The position numbers were made by a program, and so were the translations under genes. This document shows positions 20,856 to 30,729 of a stretch of 61,750 bases of DNA, in pieces; the first letter of the stretch is position 1; every line of letters begins with the position of its first letter. This DNA is from Phycisphaerae bacterium (GTDB lineage: Bacteria; Planctomycetota; Phycisphaerae; Tepidisphaerales; Tepidisphaeraceae): NCBI GenBank assembly GCA_025924315.1, contig JAICIO010000027.1, positions 1 to 61,750 of the forward strand. Direction: 5' to 3'. The notes beneath the pieces are model-generated. The model was not told the DNA's origin and did not search any database. It was given only the letters and a program-made list of their open reading frames with translations.

Positions 20856-20926
20856 GTAGGGTGTGCTTCAGCACACCATCTGAACAGCGCAGTTAAGGAA
20901 AGACGGTGTGCTGAAGCACACCCTAC
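20856..20926. repeat. palindromic repeat family, GTGTGC variant lacking the GGTTAT core
   Basis: gtagggtgtgcttcagcacacc-N27-ggtgtgctgaagcacaccctac. Same variant at 52094-52154. Confidence 0.8.
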
Positions 20927-20943
20927 GAGAAGGATCAAACACT

Positions 20944-21231
20944 ATGAAACTCAAACCCCTTGCGGATCGCGTGATCGTCAAGCAGTCGGAAGCGGAAGAG
21001 AAGACCAAGAGCGGGATCCTGTTGCCGGACTCGGCGAAGGAAAAGCCCACCAAGGGCAAGGTCGTCTCCGTCGGTCCCGGCAAGCTTGATGACAAAGGCA
21101 AGCGGATGGACATCGGCGTCCGCGCCGGTGAAACCGTTTACTACGGCAAGTACAGCGGCACCGACGTCGAAGTCGACGGCGAAAAGTTCGTCATCCTCCG
21201 CGAGGCGGACATTCTCGGCGTGCTCGAATAA
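20944..21231 (+). CDS. groS: co-chaperonin GroES
   Basis: MKLKPLADRVIVKQSEAEEKTKSGILLPDSAKEKP..GKVVSVGPGK. Confidence 0.9.
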   Translation: MKLKPLADRVIVKQSEAEEKTKSGILLPDSAKEKPTKGKVVSVGPGKLDDKGKRMDIGVRAGETVYYGKYSGTDVEVDGEKFVILREADILGVLE

Positions 21232-21233
21232 GA

Positions 21234-21318
21234 GAAGCCAGGAGCCAGAAGCCAGAAGCCAATAGAAGGCTTCGGCCGGCGGCTCCTTCTGGCTTCTGAC
21301 TACTGGCTTCTGGCTTCT
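21234..21318 (+). promoter_or_regulatory. long imperfect hairpin of tandem GCCAGAA heptamers and their complement between groES and groEL2
   Basis: gaagccaggagccagaagccagaagcc ... ggctccttctggcttctgactactggcttctggcttc. The same architecture occurs upstream of dapL. Confidence 0.6.
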
Positions 21319-21331
21319 TGGAGATAAAATC

Positions 21332-22963
21332 ATGGCAGCGAAACAGATGAAGTATGAAACCGACGCTCGCGCGGAAATCGCCGCGGGGTTGTCGCAATTG
21401 GCCCGCGCCGTCAAGGCGACCCTCGGGCCCCGCGGACGCAACGTCGTTCTGCAGAAGTCGTTCGGCTCTCCGCGGATCACCAAGGACGGCGTGACCGTCG
21501 CGAAGGAGATCGAACTCCCGCAGCCGTTCGAGAACATGGGCGCCAAGCTCGTGCAGACCGTTGCCAGCAAGACGGGCGACGTCGCCGGCGATGGCACGAC
21601 CACCGCGACCGTGCTCGCCGAGGCCATCTTCAAAGAAGGCCTTAAGTACGTGACCAGCGGCGGCGCGAATCCCGTGCAGATTCAACGCGGGATCCTGAAG
21701 GCATCCGAAGTCGCGTCCGAAGCGATCACCGCCATCAGCAAGAAGGTCAAGGGACGCGAAGATTACAAGCGCGTCGCCACGATCAGCGCCAACGGCGACG
21801 AACATATCGGCGACCTCATGGCCGACGCGATGGAGAAGGTCGGCAAGGAAGGCGTGATCACCGTCGACGAAGGCAAGAGCACCGAATCGGTTCTCGAATA
21901 CACCGAGGGCATGCAGTTCGATAAGGGCTACCTCTCGCCGTACTTCATGACGAACCCGACGACGCTCGATGCGACGCTGGAAGACGCGTACATCCTGCTC
22001 CACGAGAAGAAGATTGCCAACCTGGCCGAGCTGCTTCCGCTGCTGAACAAGATCGTCACCAGCAGCAAGCCCCTGCTGATCATCGCGGAAGACGTCGAAG
22101 CTGAGGCGCTCGCCGCGCTCGTGGTGAACAAGCTTCGTGGCGTTCTCAACATTTGCGCGGTAAAGGCTCCAGGCTTCGGCGATCGCCGCAAGGCGATGAT
22201 GGGCGACCTCGCCGTCGTCACCGGCGGAAAGTTCATCTCCGAGGACATCGGATTGAAACTTGAAAACGTGGAACTTGAAGACCTCGGCACCGCGAGGCGG
22301 ATCGTGGTCGACAAGGACAACACACTGATCGTCGAAGGCGGCGGTTCGAAGAAGGAAATCACCGGCCGTGCCGATCAGATCCGCAAGCAGATCGAAACCA
22401 CGACCTCGGACTACGACAAGGAAAAGCTCCAGGAGCGCCTTGCGAAGCTGACCGGTGGCGTGGCCGTCGTGAAGGCCGGCGCGAACACCGAGACCGAGAT
22501 GAAGGAACGCAAGGACCTCATCGACGACGCGCTGCACGCGGTGAAGGCGTCGGCCGAAGAGGGCATCGTCCCCGGCGGCGGCGTCGCATTCCTCCGCGCG
22601 ATCGAAGCGGTGGAGAACGGCAAGCGTCAGGCGAAGGGCGACGAGAAGATCGGCTTCGACATCGTTGCCGAAGCGCTCCGCAGCCCCGCTCGTCAGATCG
22701 CCGACAACGCCGGTGAAGACGGCGAAGTGATCGTCGCGCAGATCCTCGAAAACAAGAACGCCAGCTACGGCTACAACGCCGCGACCGGCGAATTCGGTGA
22801 CATGTTCAAGATGGGCATCATCGACCCGACCAAGGTGTCGAAGACGGCGTTGCAGAACGCCGCATCGGTCGCGGGCCTCGCGCTCACGACGGATGTGCTG
22901 ATCACCGAGATCAAAGAAAAGAAAGGCGAAGAAGCCGCGGCCGTGAACGGCGCGATTTCGTAA
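21332..22963 (+). CDS. groL: chaperonin GroEL (copy 2, cotranscribed with groES; no GGM tail)
   Basis: [20 protein letters not shown]...[17 protein letters not shown]...[15 protein letters not shown]. Confidence 0.95.
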   Translation: MAAKQMKYETDARAEIAAGLSQLARAVKATLGPRGRNVVLQKSFGSPRITKDGVTVAKEIELPQPFENMGAKLVQTVASKTGDVAGDGTTTATVLAEAIFKEGLKYVTSGGANPVQIQRGILKASEVASEAITAISKKVKGREDYKRVATISANGDEHIGDLMADAMEKVGKEGVITVDEGKSTESVLEYTEGMQFDKGYLSPYFMTNPTTLDATLEDAYILLHEKKIANLAELLPLLNKIVTSSKPLLIIAEDVEAEALAALVVNKLRGVLNICAVKAPGFGDRRKAMMGDLAVVTGGKFISEDIGLKLENVELEDLGTARRIVVDKDNTLIVEGGGSKKEITGRADQIRKQIETTTSDYDKEKLQERLAKLTGGVAVVKAGANTETEMKERKDLIDDALHAVKASAEEGIVPGGGVAFLRAIEAVENGKRQAKGDEKIGFDIVAEALRSPARQIADNAGEDGEVIVAQILENKNASYGYNAATGEFGDMFKMGIIDPTKVSKTALQNAASVAGLALTTDVLITEIKEKKGEEAAAVNGAIS

Positions 22964-22980
22964 CCTGAGTCGCAAACCGA

Positions 22981-23021
22981 ACACGGAGGCCGCAGAGCAA
23001 TCTGTGTCCTCCGTGTTTTTG
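22981..23021 (+). terminator. intrinsic terminator after groEL2
   Basis: Stem acacggagg / cctccgtgt, followed by TTTTT. Confidence 0.55.
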
Positions 23022-23047
23022 TATGAAGATGTCCGAGAGCGCGTCTT

Positions 23048-23118
23048 GTAGGGTCCGCTTCAGCGGACCGGTTACGTCTGTTCGAATTGGATAACCGGTC
23101 CGCTGAAGCAGACCCTAC
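23048..23118. repeat. 75-bp palindromic repeat family copy
   Basis: gtagggtccgcttcagcggaccggttac-N15-ataaccggtccgctgaagcagaccctac. Confidence 0.85.
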
Positions 23119-23139
23119 GGGAGACAACGCACGTGTTTC

Positions 23140-23214
23140 GTAGGGTGCGCTGAAGCGCACCGGTTATTTCTGTGCCGCGTGAATGAATAACCGGTGCGCT
23201 GAAGCGCACCCTAC
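23140..23214. repeat. 75-bp palindromic repeat family copy (GTGCGC variant), tandem with the previous copy
   Basis: gtagggtgcgctgaagcgcaccggttat-N21-ataaccggtgcgctgaagcgcaccctac. Confidence 0.85.
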
Positions 23215-23282
23215 GAAGACGAGAACGCGTGAATAATTGTGCGATCGTCCCTAGAATTCCGTCGGGACAAACAGATTGAGAT

Positions 23283-24431
23283 TTGATGGCCACAGTGAAA
23301 CGCGATTATTACGAAGTTCTGGGTATCGCGAAAACCGCCAGCGGCGATGAGATCAAGCGCGCGTATCGGCGCCTCGCGATGAAGTATCACCCGGACCGCG
23401 CCGATGGGGATAAGTCCGAGGCGGAAGTACGCTTCAAGGAATGTGCGGAAGCGTACGAGGTGCTCTCGGATGACGAGAAGCGCCGCCGCTATGACACGCA
23501 CGGCCACGCGGGCGTGCATGGGCAGCATGATTTTTCCCACATGGACGTCGGCGACATTTTTTCGATGTTCGACGATATCTTCGGCGGGGCGTTCGGCGGA
23601 TTTCGCGGACAGGGTGGCGGCGGCGGCGGGGGACGCGCCCGCTCATCGCGCGGGTTTGATCTGGAGACGCAGGTCGAGCTCACACTCGCGGAAGTCGCGA
23701 CGGGCGCGGAAAAGACCATCGAATTTGAGAAACAGGATTCGTGCGAGCATTGCAAAGGCACGGGCGCGAAGGCGGGCACGCAGCCGATTGTTTGTCCGCA
23801 GTGCGGTGGGCAGGGCCGAATTGCGCAGCAGGGCTTTGGCGGAATGTTCCGCATGGTGACGACGTGCCCCAACTGCCGCGGGCGCGGAAGCGTGGTGAAG
23901 GATCAGTGCGTGCACTGCCACGGCTCGGGTAAGCAACTCCGCAAGCGCGTGGTGACGGTGAAGATTCCCGCGGGCGTGCATGAAGGTCAGGCGGTGCGGA
24001 TCGCGGGCGAAGGCGAGCCGGGCGATCCCGGCATGCCACCGGGCGATCTGCACTGCTACATCTCCGTCCGGCCGCATCCGGTGTTCAGCCGTCACAACAA
24101 CGATCTGGTGTGCCAGGTGCCGATTTCCTTCACGCAGGCGGCGCTGGGCGGCGTGATCGAAGTGCCCACGCTGAAGGGCACGGAAAAGCTCGACATTCCC
24201 GCGGGCGCGCAGCACGGTGAAGTCTTCAAGATGAAAGGCCGCGGCCTGCCGGATATTCGCTCTTACCGCAATGGCGATGAAATCGTACAAATATTGATTG
24301 AGATCCCGAAGAGGCTGACTCCGCGGCAGCAGGAGCTGCTCCGCGAGTTCGCTACGACGGAAGACAACGACGTCATGCCGCAAAAACGCGGTTTTCTCGA
24401 CAAGTTGAAGGATGTGTTTAAGAACGACTGA
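23283..24431 (+). CDS. dnaJ: chaperone DnaJ (J domain, G/F region, four CxxCxGxG zinc-finger repeats, C-terminal domain)
   Basis: J-domain motif YRRLAMKYHPDR. Gly-rich GGFRGQGGGGGGG. Zinc-finger repeats CEHCKGTG, CPQCGGQG, CPNCRGRG, CVHCHGSG. Confidence 0.9.
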   Translation: MMATVKRDYYEVLGIAKTASGDEIKRAYRRLAMKYHPDRADGDKSEAEVRFKECAEAYEVLSDDEKRRRYDTHGHAGVHGQHDFSHMDVGDIFSMFDDIFGGAFGGFRGQGGGGGGGRARSSRGFDLETQVELTLAEVATGAEKTIEFEKQDSCEHCKGTGAKAGTQPIVCPQCGGQGRIAQQGFGGMFRMVTTCPNCRGRGSVVKDQCVHCHGSGKQLRKRVVTVKIPAGVHEGQAVRIAGEGEPGDPGMPPGDLHCYISVRPHPVFSRHNNDLVCQVPISFTQAALGGVIEVPTLKGTEKLDIPAGAQHGEVFKMKGRGLPDIRSYRNGDEIVQILIEIPKRLTPRQQELLREFATTEDNDVMPQKRGFLDKLKDVFKND

Positions 24432-24436
24432 AGGAA

Positions 24437-24524
24437 TTGTTCATTGATGATTTGTTCATTTGTTCATTGAAGGACGCGCGTGTTGCAACTCTGAAATGAA
24501 CAAATGAATAAATGAATAATGACC
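24437..24524. promoter_or_regulatory. AT-rich palindromic array of TTGTTCATT / AATGAACAA units upstream of grpE
   Basis: ttgttcattgatgatttgttcatttgttcattga ... tgaaatgaacaaatgaataaatgaataatga. Strongly AT-biased island in a GC-rich genome. Confidence 0.5.
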
Positions 24525-24534
24525 AATAAACATT

Positions 24535-25065
24535 ATGTCCCGCATTCCCATTGATGACGAAAACAACATCGAGCCGGGCGCCGACGATGAGGCGGGCGAC
24601 GGCGGTGAATCCAACGAGATGCTGAAGCTGCAGGCCGAGCGCGATGATCTGTATCAGCGGCTCGCCCGCGCGACGGCGGATTTTCAGAACACCCGCAAAC
24701 GGCTCGAAACCGAATTCGATCAGCGGATGCAGTACGCCAACAGCAATCTGATCAAGAGCCTGCTGCCGGTGATCGACAACTTCGAGCGGGCGCTCGCGAT
24801 CGATCCCAATAAGACCGATCCCGCGTCGATCCTCAAAGGGATGCAGATCGTTCACGATCAGTGGCTGAAGGTTCTCAAGGACCAAAACGTCGAAGAGATC
24901 GCGCCGGAGCCCGGTTCGCCGTTCGATCCGTCGAAGCACGAGGCGCTCATGCAGACGCAAGACGTGACCGATTCTCCGGAAGTGATCCAGCTGCTGCAGA
25001 AGGGATATTCGCTCTATGGGCGAACCCTGCGGCCGGCGCAAGTCGCAGTTTCGAGGACAAGCTGA
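24535..25065 (+). CDS. grpE: nucleotide exchange factor GrpE
   Basis: LQAERDDLYQRLARATADFQNTRKRLE...LLPVIDNFERA. Confidence 0.85.
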   Translation: MSRIPIDDENNIEPGADDEAGDGGESNEMLKLQAERDDLYQRLARATADFQNTRKRLETEFDQRMQYANSNLIKSLLPVIDNFERALAIDPNKTDPASILKGMQIVHDQWLKVLKDQNVEEIAPEPGSPFDPSKHEALMQTQDVTDSPEVIQLLQKGYSLYGRTLRPAQVAVSRTS

Positions 25066-25141
25066 AGATTGCGCGTGGCATGTTGCGTGTGGCTTGTTGG
25101 AAAAGCCCGTGACGTGCGACACGCAACATGCAATACGCAAC

Positions 25142-25495
25142 ATGCCAACTTACGAATACGAATGCGACGCCTGCGGGCATAAGTTTGAGAAGTTTCAGTC
25201 GATCACCGCTGCGCCGATCAAGAAGTGCCCGGTGTGTGGGAAGAACAAGGTGCGCCGGCTCATCGGCACGGGCGCGGGGTTGATCTTCAAAGGATCCGGC
25301 TTCTATATCACCGATTACCGCGACTCTTCGTACAAGGACAAAGCGAAGTCGGAATCGGGCGAGACGAAGAGCGAAACGAAGTCGGAACCGTCGTCGGGTG
25401 GTGAGAAGAATGCCGAAACGAAATCCGAATCAAAGCCCACCGCGGAATCCAAGCCGGCTCCGAAGAAAGAATCGAAGTCGAAGAAAAAGGAGTAG
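25142..25495 (+). CDS. FmdB-family zinc-ribbon protein with Lys/Ser/Glu-rich tail
   Basis: MPTYEYECDACGHKFEKFQSITAAPIKKCPVCG. The stop codon TAG is supplied by the first bases of the downstream palindromic repeat. Confidence 0.7.
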   Translation: MPTYEYECDACGHKFEKFQSITAAPIKKCPVCGKNKVRRLIGTGAGLIFKGSGFYITDYRDSSYKDKAKSESGETKSETKSEPSSGGEKNAETKSESKPTAESKPAPKKESKSKKKE

Positions 25496-25568
25496 GGTGC
25501 GCTTCAGCGCACCGGTTATTCGTTGTGCCGATAGGAAGAAATAACCGGTCCGCTGAAGCGGACCCTAC
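25492..25568. repeat. 75-bp palindromic repeat family copy (hybrid GTGCGC left arm / TCCGC right arm)
   Basis: gtagggtgcgcttcagcgcaccggttat-N22-ataaccggtccgctgaagcggaccctac. Confidence 0.85.
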
Positions 25569-25575
25569 GAGGCGC

Positions 25576-25767
25576 ATGGTTTGCCCGATCTGCAAGAAAT
25601 CGGTCGATGAACACCCCAAACCCGGCGAGAAGGCGTATCTCCCTTTTTGCTCCGAGCGCTGCAAATTGGTCGATCTCGGCCGATGGCTCAGCGGCGCGTA
25701 CCAAATCCCCGTGAAAGATGACGACGAAGCGCATGATGGCGACGTCGACGTTGATGATGAACAATAA
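25576..25767 (+). CDS. YacG-like zinc-binding protein (DNA gyrase inhibitor family)
   Basis: MVCPICKKSV...PFCSERCKLVDLGRWLSGAY. The annotated GTG-start extension is repeat-derived. Confidence 0.5.
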   Translation: MVCPICKKSVDEHPKPGEKAYLPFCSERCKLVDLGRWLSGAYQIPVKDDDEAHDGDVDVDDEQ

Positions 25768-25884
25768 GCCCGTTTGAACCCATCGCCCTCATCCTTATAA
25801 TGCCCGCGCGCGACTTCTCGGCGTCGTTCGCGCGGAACAACTCAAAGAAGCGACTGACACGATCGAAAAGAAGAGAGGCTGCCC

Positions 25885-27570
25885 ATGGCGGAAGAATCGA
25901 CGGTGATTCGCGACATCGACTGGAAGTCCACGTTCCCGTGGACGAATATCTTCCGCAGTTTTCGCATTGCGATTCATCCATCGAAGATCATCCTCGCGCT
26001 GCTCGCCTTGCTCGCGGTTTATCTCGGCGGGATGGTGCTCGATGCGATCTGGCCCAACGGCTACAACGCGGTCCCCGGCGAGATCTGGATGTACGAGGAC
26101 AGCCGGACGAATCTGCAGCCGACTGCGAATTTCCACGAAGCGCGGGCGAACGCGTGGAAGGATGTCCGCTCGTCCTATGACCAGGCAAAAGCGGGCAATG
26201 CCAACGCCACGCTGCGCGACGTGGATGCGCAGATCGACAAGGACCGCGACAGCGAAATCGACGCGGCCAAGACTGCCTTCAACGCCTCGCCGAAAGCCGA
26301 CACCGACGCGCGCGAGCGCGACCGCCGTGTGAGCGATGCTTACGAAAAAGCGCGCTCGCGTCATGTGCAGGCGCATTTCATCAACGGCGTCGGGCTGTTC
26401 GAAAGCTTTTATTATTATGAAGTCGCACAGGTGAACCTCATCGCCCGCGCGATTCGCTATAGCAACTGGATCGGCAGCGGCAGCGTCACGCAGGGGCTGT
26501 TCAACTTCCTCGTGAACGGGCCGAGTTGGGCGATCAGCCAGCACTGCGTGTTCTTCACGATCTACTTCCTGTTCTTCCTGACGATCTGGTCGATCTTCGG
26601 CGGGGCGATTGCGCGCATCGCGGCGGTGCACGTGGCGCGCGATGAAAAGATTTCCATCCGCCAGGCTCTCCGCTTCTCGACGAGCAAGTTCCTCAGCTTC
26701 CTTTCCGCGCCGATTATTCCACTCCTCATCGTGCTGATCGTTGGACTTGTCGTGGCGATTGGCGGGATCCTGACGAACATTCCGTTCATCGGGCCGATCA
26801 TCGTCGGCGCGCTGTTCTTCCTGGCGCTGGCGGCCGGGTTCGTGATGACGCTGGTGATCCTCGGGCTCGTCGGCGGATTCAACCTGATGTATCCGACGAT
26901 CGCGGTCGAAGGCTCCGACAGCTTCGACGCGATCAGCCGATCGTTCAGTTATTTGTATGCCCGCCCGTGGCGGCTTGGGTTTTATACGATGGTCGCGGTG
27001 ATTTACGGCGGGCTGACGTATGCCTTTGTCCGCTTCTTCATCTACCTGATCTTGATCGTGACGCATCTCGCCGCGGGGCTGTTTGTCTTCACGCAATCGG
27101 ACAGCCATGCCTGGCTGTGGAACGCGATGTGGCCCGGCCCGCTGATCAACGGGCGCCTCGCATACGCGGTCGATTTCGGCGCGCTCGGGCCGGGACAGAA
27201 AGTGGGCGCGTTCTTCATCCTCGTATGGGTCTATCTGGTGATCGCGCTGCTTGGCGCGTTTGTGATCAGCTTCTATTTCTCCGCCAACACGGTGATCTAC
27301 TACCTGATGCGCCGCGAAGTGGATGCGACGGAGCTCGATGACGTTTATCTGGAGCAGGTGGACGAAGACTTCGCTGAGACCGCGCCGGTCGTGACCACGC
27401 CGGCGGCGCCGATGAGCAGCGCTTCGCCGACCGATCAACCGCCGGTGACGACCGAGCCCGGCAGCATCGAACCGCGCACGCCCGGCGAAGCGATCGTCGA
27501 CAACACCGGGACGCCCGGCACCGAACCCGAAGTCGGCAAGCCCATGGAACCGCCGACGGGACCGGCGTAG
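25885..27570 (+). CDS. hypothetical large polytopic membrane protein with Pro/Thr-rich C-terminus
   Basis: At least 8 predicted TM helices. C-terminal low-complexity PVVTTPAAP...[13 protein letters not shown]. The 593-aa antisense ORF is Arg-rich and rejected. Confidence 0.5.
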   Translation: MAEESTVIRDIDWKSTFPWTNIFRSFRIAIHPSKIILALLALLAVYLGGMVLDAIWPNGYNAVPGEIWMYEDSRTNLQPTANFHEARANAWKDVRSSYDQAKAGNANATLRDVDAQIDKDRDSEIDAAKTAFNASPKADTDARERDRRVSDAYEKARSRHVQAHFINGVGLFESFYYYEVAQVNLIARAIRYSNWIGSGSVTQGLFNFLVNGPSWAISQHCVFFTIYFLFFLTIWSIFGGAIARIAAVHVARDEKISIRQALRFSTSKFLSFLSAPIIPLLIVLIVGLVVAIGGILTNIPFIGPIIVGALFFLALAAGFVMTLVILGLVGGFNLMYPTIAVEGSDSFDAISRSFSYLYARPWRLGFYTMVAVIYGGLTYAFVRFFIYLILIVTHLAAGLFVFTQSDSHAWLWNAMWPGPLINGRLAYAVDFGALGPGQKVGAFFILVWVYLVIALLGAFVISFYFSANTVIYYLMRREVDATELDDVYLEQVDEDFAETAPVVTTPAAPMSSASPTDQPPVTTEPGSIEPRTPGEAIVDNTGTPGTEPEVGKPMEPPTGPA

Positions 27571-27603
27571 TTGCAATTGGGCGTCTAACGCAGTTCGTGA
27601 AAG

Positions 27604-27680
27604 AAGCCAGAAGCCAGAAGCCAGTAGCCAGAAGGGCCTTGCTCCTTCTCCTGGCTTCTGGCTCCTGGCTTCTGGCTTCT
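27604..27680 (+). promoter_or_regulatory. GCCAGAA-heptamer inverted array hairpin immediately upstream of dapL
   Basis: gaagccagaagccagaagccagtagccagaagg ... ccttctcctggcttctggctcctggcttctggcttc. Ends 15 nt before the ATG. Confidence 0.6.
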
Positions 27681-27695
27681 TCTTTTGGATTTCTC

Positions 27696-28937
27696 ATGGC
27701 CCTCATCAACGAAAACTATCTCAAGCTCAAAGCCGGTTACCTGTTTCCCGAGATCAACCGGCGCGTGAAAGCGTTCGCCGCCGCCCATCCCGAGGCGCAG
27801 ATCATCCGCATGGGCATCGGCGATGTGACCGAGCCGCTTCCGCCGGCCGTTGTCGACGCGATGCACAGAGGCGTGGATGATCTCGCCAAGCGCGAAACGT
27901 TTCACGGCTATGGCCCCGAGCAGGGTTACGATTTCCTCCGCGAGCCGATCGCGAAAAACGATTTTCAATCGCGCGGATGCGATATCGCCGCCGACGAAGT
28001 TTTTATTTCTGACGGCAGCAAGTGCGACGTTGGCAACATCCTCGACATTTTCGGGCCCGGCAATCGCATCGCCATCACCGATCCGGTGTATCCGGTTTAC
28101 GTCGACACCAACGTGATGCAGGGCAACACCGGCGTGGCGACGCAGAAGGGCGAATACGAAGGTCCGCTGTACCTCTGCGCGACGGCCGAAAACAATTTCA
28201 CGCCCGATCTGCCCAAAGAGCGCGTCGACATCATCTATCTCTGCTATCCGAACAACCCCACGGGCACCGTCGCCACGCGCGAAACGCTCACAAAGTGGGT
28301 CGAGTACGCGCGAAAGAACAACTCGATCATCTTCTTCGACGCCGCCTACGAGGCGTACATCAGCGATCCGAACATCCCGCACTCGATCTACGAAATCGCC
28401 GGCGCCCGCGAGTGCGCGATTGAATTCCGAAGCTTTTCAAAACTGGCCGGGTTCACCGGTGTGCGCTGCGGGTTCACGGTTGTCCCCAAATCCCTGAACG
28501 GTTTCACCAAGCCCGCCGCTTCAGCGGTGGGCAAACCCGTTCCGCTCTACAATCTCTGGATGCGTCGTCACACGACGAAGTTCAATGGCGCCAGCTACAT
28601 CACCCAGGTCGGCGCCGCCGCCGTCTACACCGACGCCGGCAAAGCACAAGTTCGCAAGCTGATCGACTTCTACAAAGAAAACGCGCGATTGATTCGAGAA
28701 GGGCTCACGAAAGCCGGCCTGAAAGTCTACGGCGCCGAAAACGCCCCATACGCCTGGATCAAAACCCCGGACAACGCGACGAGCTGGGACTACTTCGATA
28801 CGCTGCTCACGAAGGTGAACGTCGTCTGCACCCCCGGCAGCGGATTCGGCACCGCCGGCGAAGGGTATATCCGGTTGTCGGCGTTTAATTCCAGAGCGAA
28901 TGTAGAAGAAGCGATCAAGCGGATCTCGAAGCTCTGA
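27696..28937 (+). CDS. dapL: LL-diaminopimelate aminotransferase (DapL)
   Basis: [24 protein letters not shown]...[12 protein letters not shown]...FHGYGPEQG...[14 protein letters not shown] matches the DapL family (Chlamydiae/Verrucomicrobia/cyanobacteria/plants) along its full length. Confidence 0.85.
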   Translation: MALINENYLKLKAGYLFPEINRRVKAFAAAHPEAQIIRMGIGDVTEPLPPAVVDAMHRGVDDLAKRETFHGYGPEQGYDFLREPIAKNDFQSRGCDIAADEVFISDGSKCDVGNILDIFGPGNRIAITDPVYPVYVDTNVMQGNTGVATQKGEYEGPLYLCATAENNFTPDLPKERVDIIYLCYPNNPTGTVATRETLTKWVEYARKNNSIIFFDAAYEAYISDPNIPHSIYEIAGARECAIEFRSFSKLAGFTGVRCGFTVVPKSLNGFTKPAASAVGKPVPLYNLWMRRHTTKFNGASYITQVGAAAVYTDAGKAQVRKLIDFYKENARLIREGLTKAGLKVYGAENAPYAWIKTPDNATSWDYFDTLLTKVNVVCTPGSGFGTAGEGYIRLSAFNSRANVEEAIKRISKL

Positions 28938-28981
28938 TCTGAATGCCACGCGAGTCGCGCATCGAGTTGATCTTCTGCTCT

Positions 28982-29055
28982 TGTAGGGTCCGCTTTAGCG
29001 GACCGGTTATTCGCCGTTTCGAGCAGAAATAACCGGTCCGCTGAAGCGGACCCTA
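28982..29055. repeat. 75-bp palindromic repeat family copy
   Basis: gtagggtccgctttagcggaccggttat-N19-ataaccggtccgctgaagcggaccctac. Confidence 0.85.
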
Positions 29056-29071
29056 CAAGAACAGGATTATC

Positions 29072-29566
29072 GTGAGGGAGACGCATTTGACCTCGCGGAG
29101 AGTGCGATCGGTGCTTTGGGTAACCGCCGTTCACGTTCTGACGACGGCGGTCCTGCTCCTCGTGTTCAATGTATTGCTCGGATCGGCGTTTATCCGAATG
29201 GTTATCGACGCCGATCCGATGACGCTCGTTTCTTACCTCGCGATCGGTTGGTTATCCGCCTGGCTCAGCACGAAATACTCGGCCGTCTATCTTCGCGAGA
29301 CGATCATCCTCTCGTCGCCAAGAACCACGCTCGCCACTTCCGTCGCGACATTTAGCGCGCTTGTGCTCACGATGCTCATCGTTTATCTCGCCATCCTGCA
29401 CGGGCGGGGCGCCATGAGCGCCTCCACGTTCGCGACCGAAATCGCCTTTGCCGGAATGATGATCGCCGCGTTTTACTTCGAAACGCGCCGTGCATTCCGC
29501 CAGATCCCCTGTGACCAGCCCGGCGGATTTGAAGTCATTCCCGCGCGCAGCGGCGAGGAGCGTTGA
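29072..29566 (+). CDS. hypothetical membrane protein
   Basis: 164 aa with 4 hydrophobic helices. Its stop overlaps the next start (ATGA). Confidence 0.4.
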   Translation: MRETHLTSRRVRSVLWVTAVHVLTTAVLLLVFNVLLGSAFIRMVIDADPMTLVSYLAIGWLSAWLSTKYSAVYLRETIILSSPRTTLATSVATFSALVLTMLIVYLAILHGRGAMSASTFATEIAFAGMMIAAFYFETRRAFRQIPCDQPGGFEVIPARSGEER

Positions 29567-30582
29567 TTCTCGAGCCCCAGTCAATCTCCGCCGCCATTCC
29601 CTGCCATGTCTGCGGATATGACGTGCGAGCGCAACCGCCCGACGGCATTTGCCCCGAGTGCGCGGCCAGCGTCGCGGAATCGCGCCGCCTCGCGCCGATC
29701 CCGCGTCGCCCCGCCTGGCGCGACAGCGACCCGCGCTGGCGCCGGCGAATGCTCGCGGGCGCCTGGGTTCTGGTGCTCGTTCCGCTTATGACCGCGCTCG
29801 ACACCTTCGGATGGGCCGCGCGAATCAACGTGCCAACATTTTTTGACGTGCAAGGTGCGCAGTCGCTCGACGAAAGCTACGTCAACGTCTTTCAGAGTTA
29901 CGCGTGCTTCACGTTCTGCATCGGCGTGGTGCTGCTCTTCGCGAAAGAGCGCAATCGTCAGCGCAACCGCCTCGACTGGACTCGGCGATGGGGGGTTATC
30001 ACGAGTTATCTCGTCTTCCTGCTGGGCATCCCAATATTCGGATTCGTGACCGACCTCGTCGCGATAGGCATCGCGGCGCTCTTCATGTCCATGCGGTACG
30101 TCGACCAACCTGCCGTGACTGGATTGCTCGTCCACCTCAGCGCCGGCTACATCCACTACGCTCCGTTTCCAGGTCCTCTGTTGTCCCTCTCGGTGGTCGG
30201 ATTCTCGTCGTCCGTCATCCTGCTCGCGTGCGCGCCGCTTTACAATGCGCTTCGCAGCAGCGGACCGAAAGTGTGGGCGGCAATCCTTCTCGCGGTGCTC
30301 GCATTGGGATCGGTCGTCCAGCTATGGTACATCATCGAATACATAGCGAATCCCGCTGCCCCCTCCACGTCGAAGTTCGGCTACTTCTATTTCTCACCGG
30401 ACATACTGATGAGCGGTTTCACCTATCATGGAAGCAACCCCTTCCTGAGATCGCGCGCAGCATCTGTCCTGAGTGGCGAATTCGTCATGGAAACCGCGAA
30501 GTGGTTCGCAATCCTCGCGATCGCAGTGTGGTTAACCCTCGCCCAGTTCGCCGCCAAGCGTCGCCCCCGCCCATCGAGTTGA
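29563..30582 (+). CDS. hypothetical membrane protein with N-terminal zinc-ribbon
   Basis: N-terminus CHVCGYDVRAQPPDGICPEC, followed by at least 6 TM helices. Confidence 0.45.
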   Translation: MILEPQSISAAIPCHVCGYDVRAQPPDGICPECAASVAESRRLAPIPRRPAWRDSDPRWRRRMLAGAWVLVLVPLMTALDTFGWAARINVPTFFDVQGAQSLDESYVNVFQSYACFTFCIGVVLLFAKERNRQRNRLDWTRRWGVITSYLVFLLGIPIFGFVTDLVAIGIAALFMSMRYVDQPAVTGLLVHLSAGYIHYAPFPGPLLSLSVVGFSSSVILLACAPLYNALRSSGPKVWAAILLAVLALGSVVQLWYIIEYIANPAAPSTSKFGYFYFSPDILMSGFTYHGSNPFLRSRAASVLSGEFVMETAKWFAILAIAVWLTLAQFAAKRRPRPSS

Positions 30583-30619
30583 GTATCCGCCCAACCACCG
30601 CTATTGTTGTGAGACCTTC

Positions 30620-30693
<74 letters not shown>

Positions 30694-30729
30694 TTTCGTT
30701 TTTGTTTGCCTTATCCTTGCCGCCCGTCC

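Noticed and set aside
20856-20943. Possible CIRCE (HrcA operator) upstream of groES
   Set aside because: The inverted repeat present (CAGCACACC-N27-GGTGTGCTG) belongs to the palindromic repeat family (an identical variant follows an unrelated gene at 52094). It does not match TTAGCACTC-N9-GAGTGCTAA in sequence or spacing.
25795-27576. 593-aa ORF on the minus strand overlapping the plus-strand membrane protein 25885-27570
   Set aside because: The minus-strand product is extremely Arg-rich with no hydrophobic segments or motifs. The plus-strand product has coherent TM helices. Only the plus-strand gene is kept.
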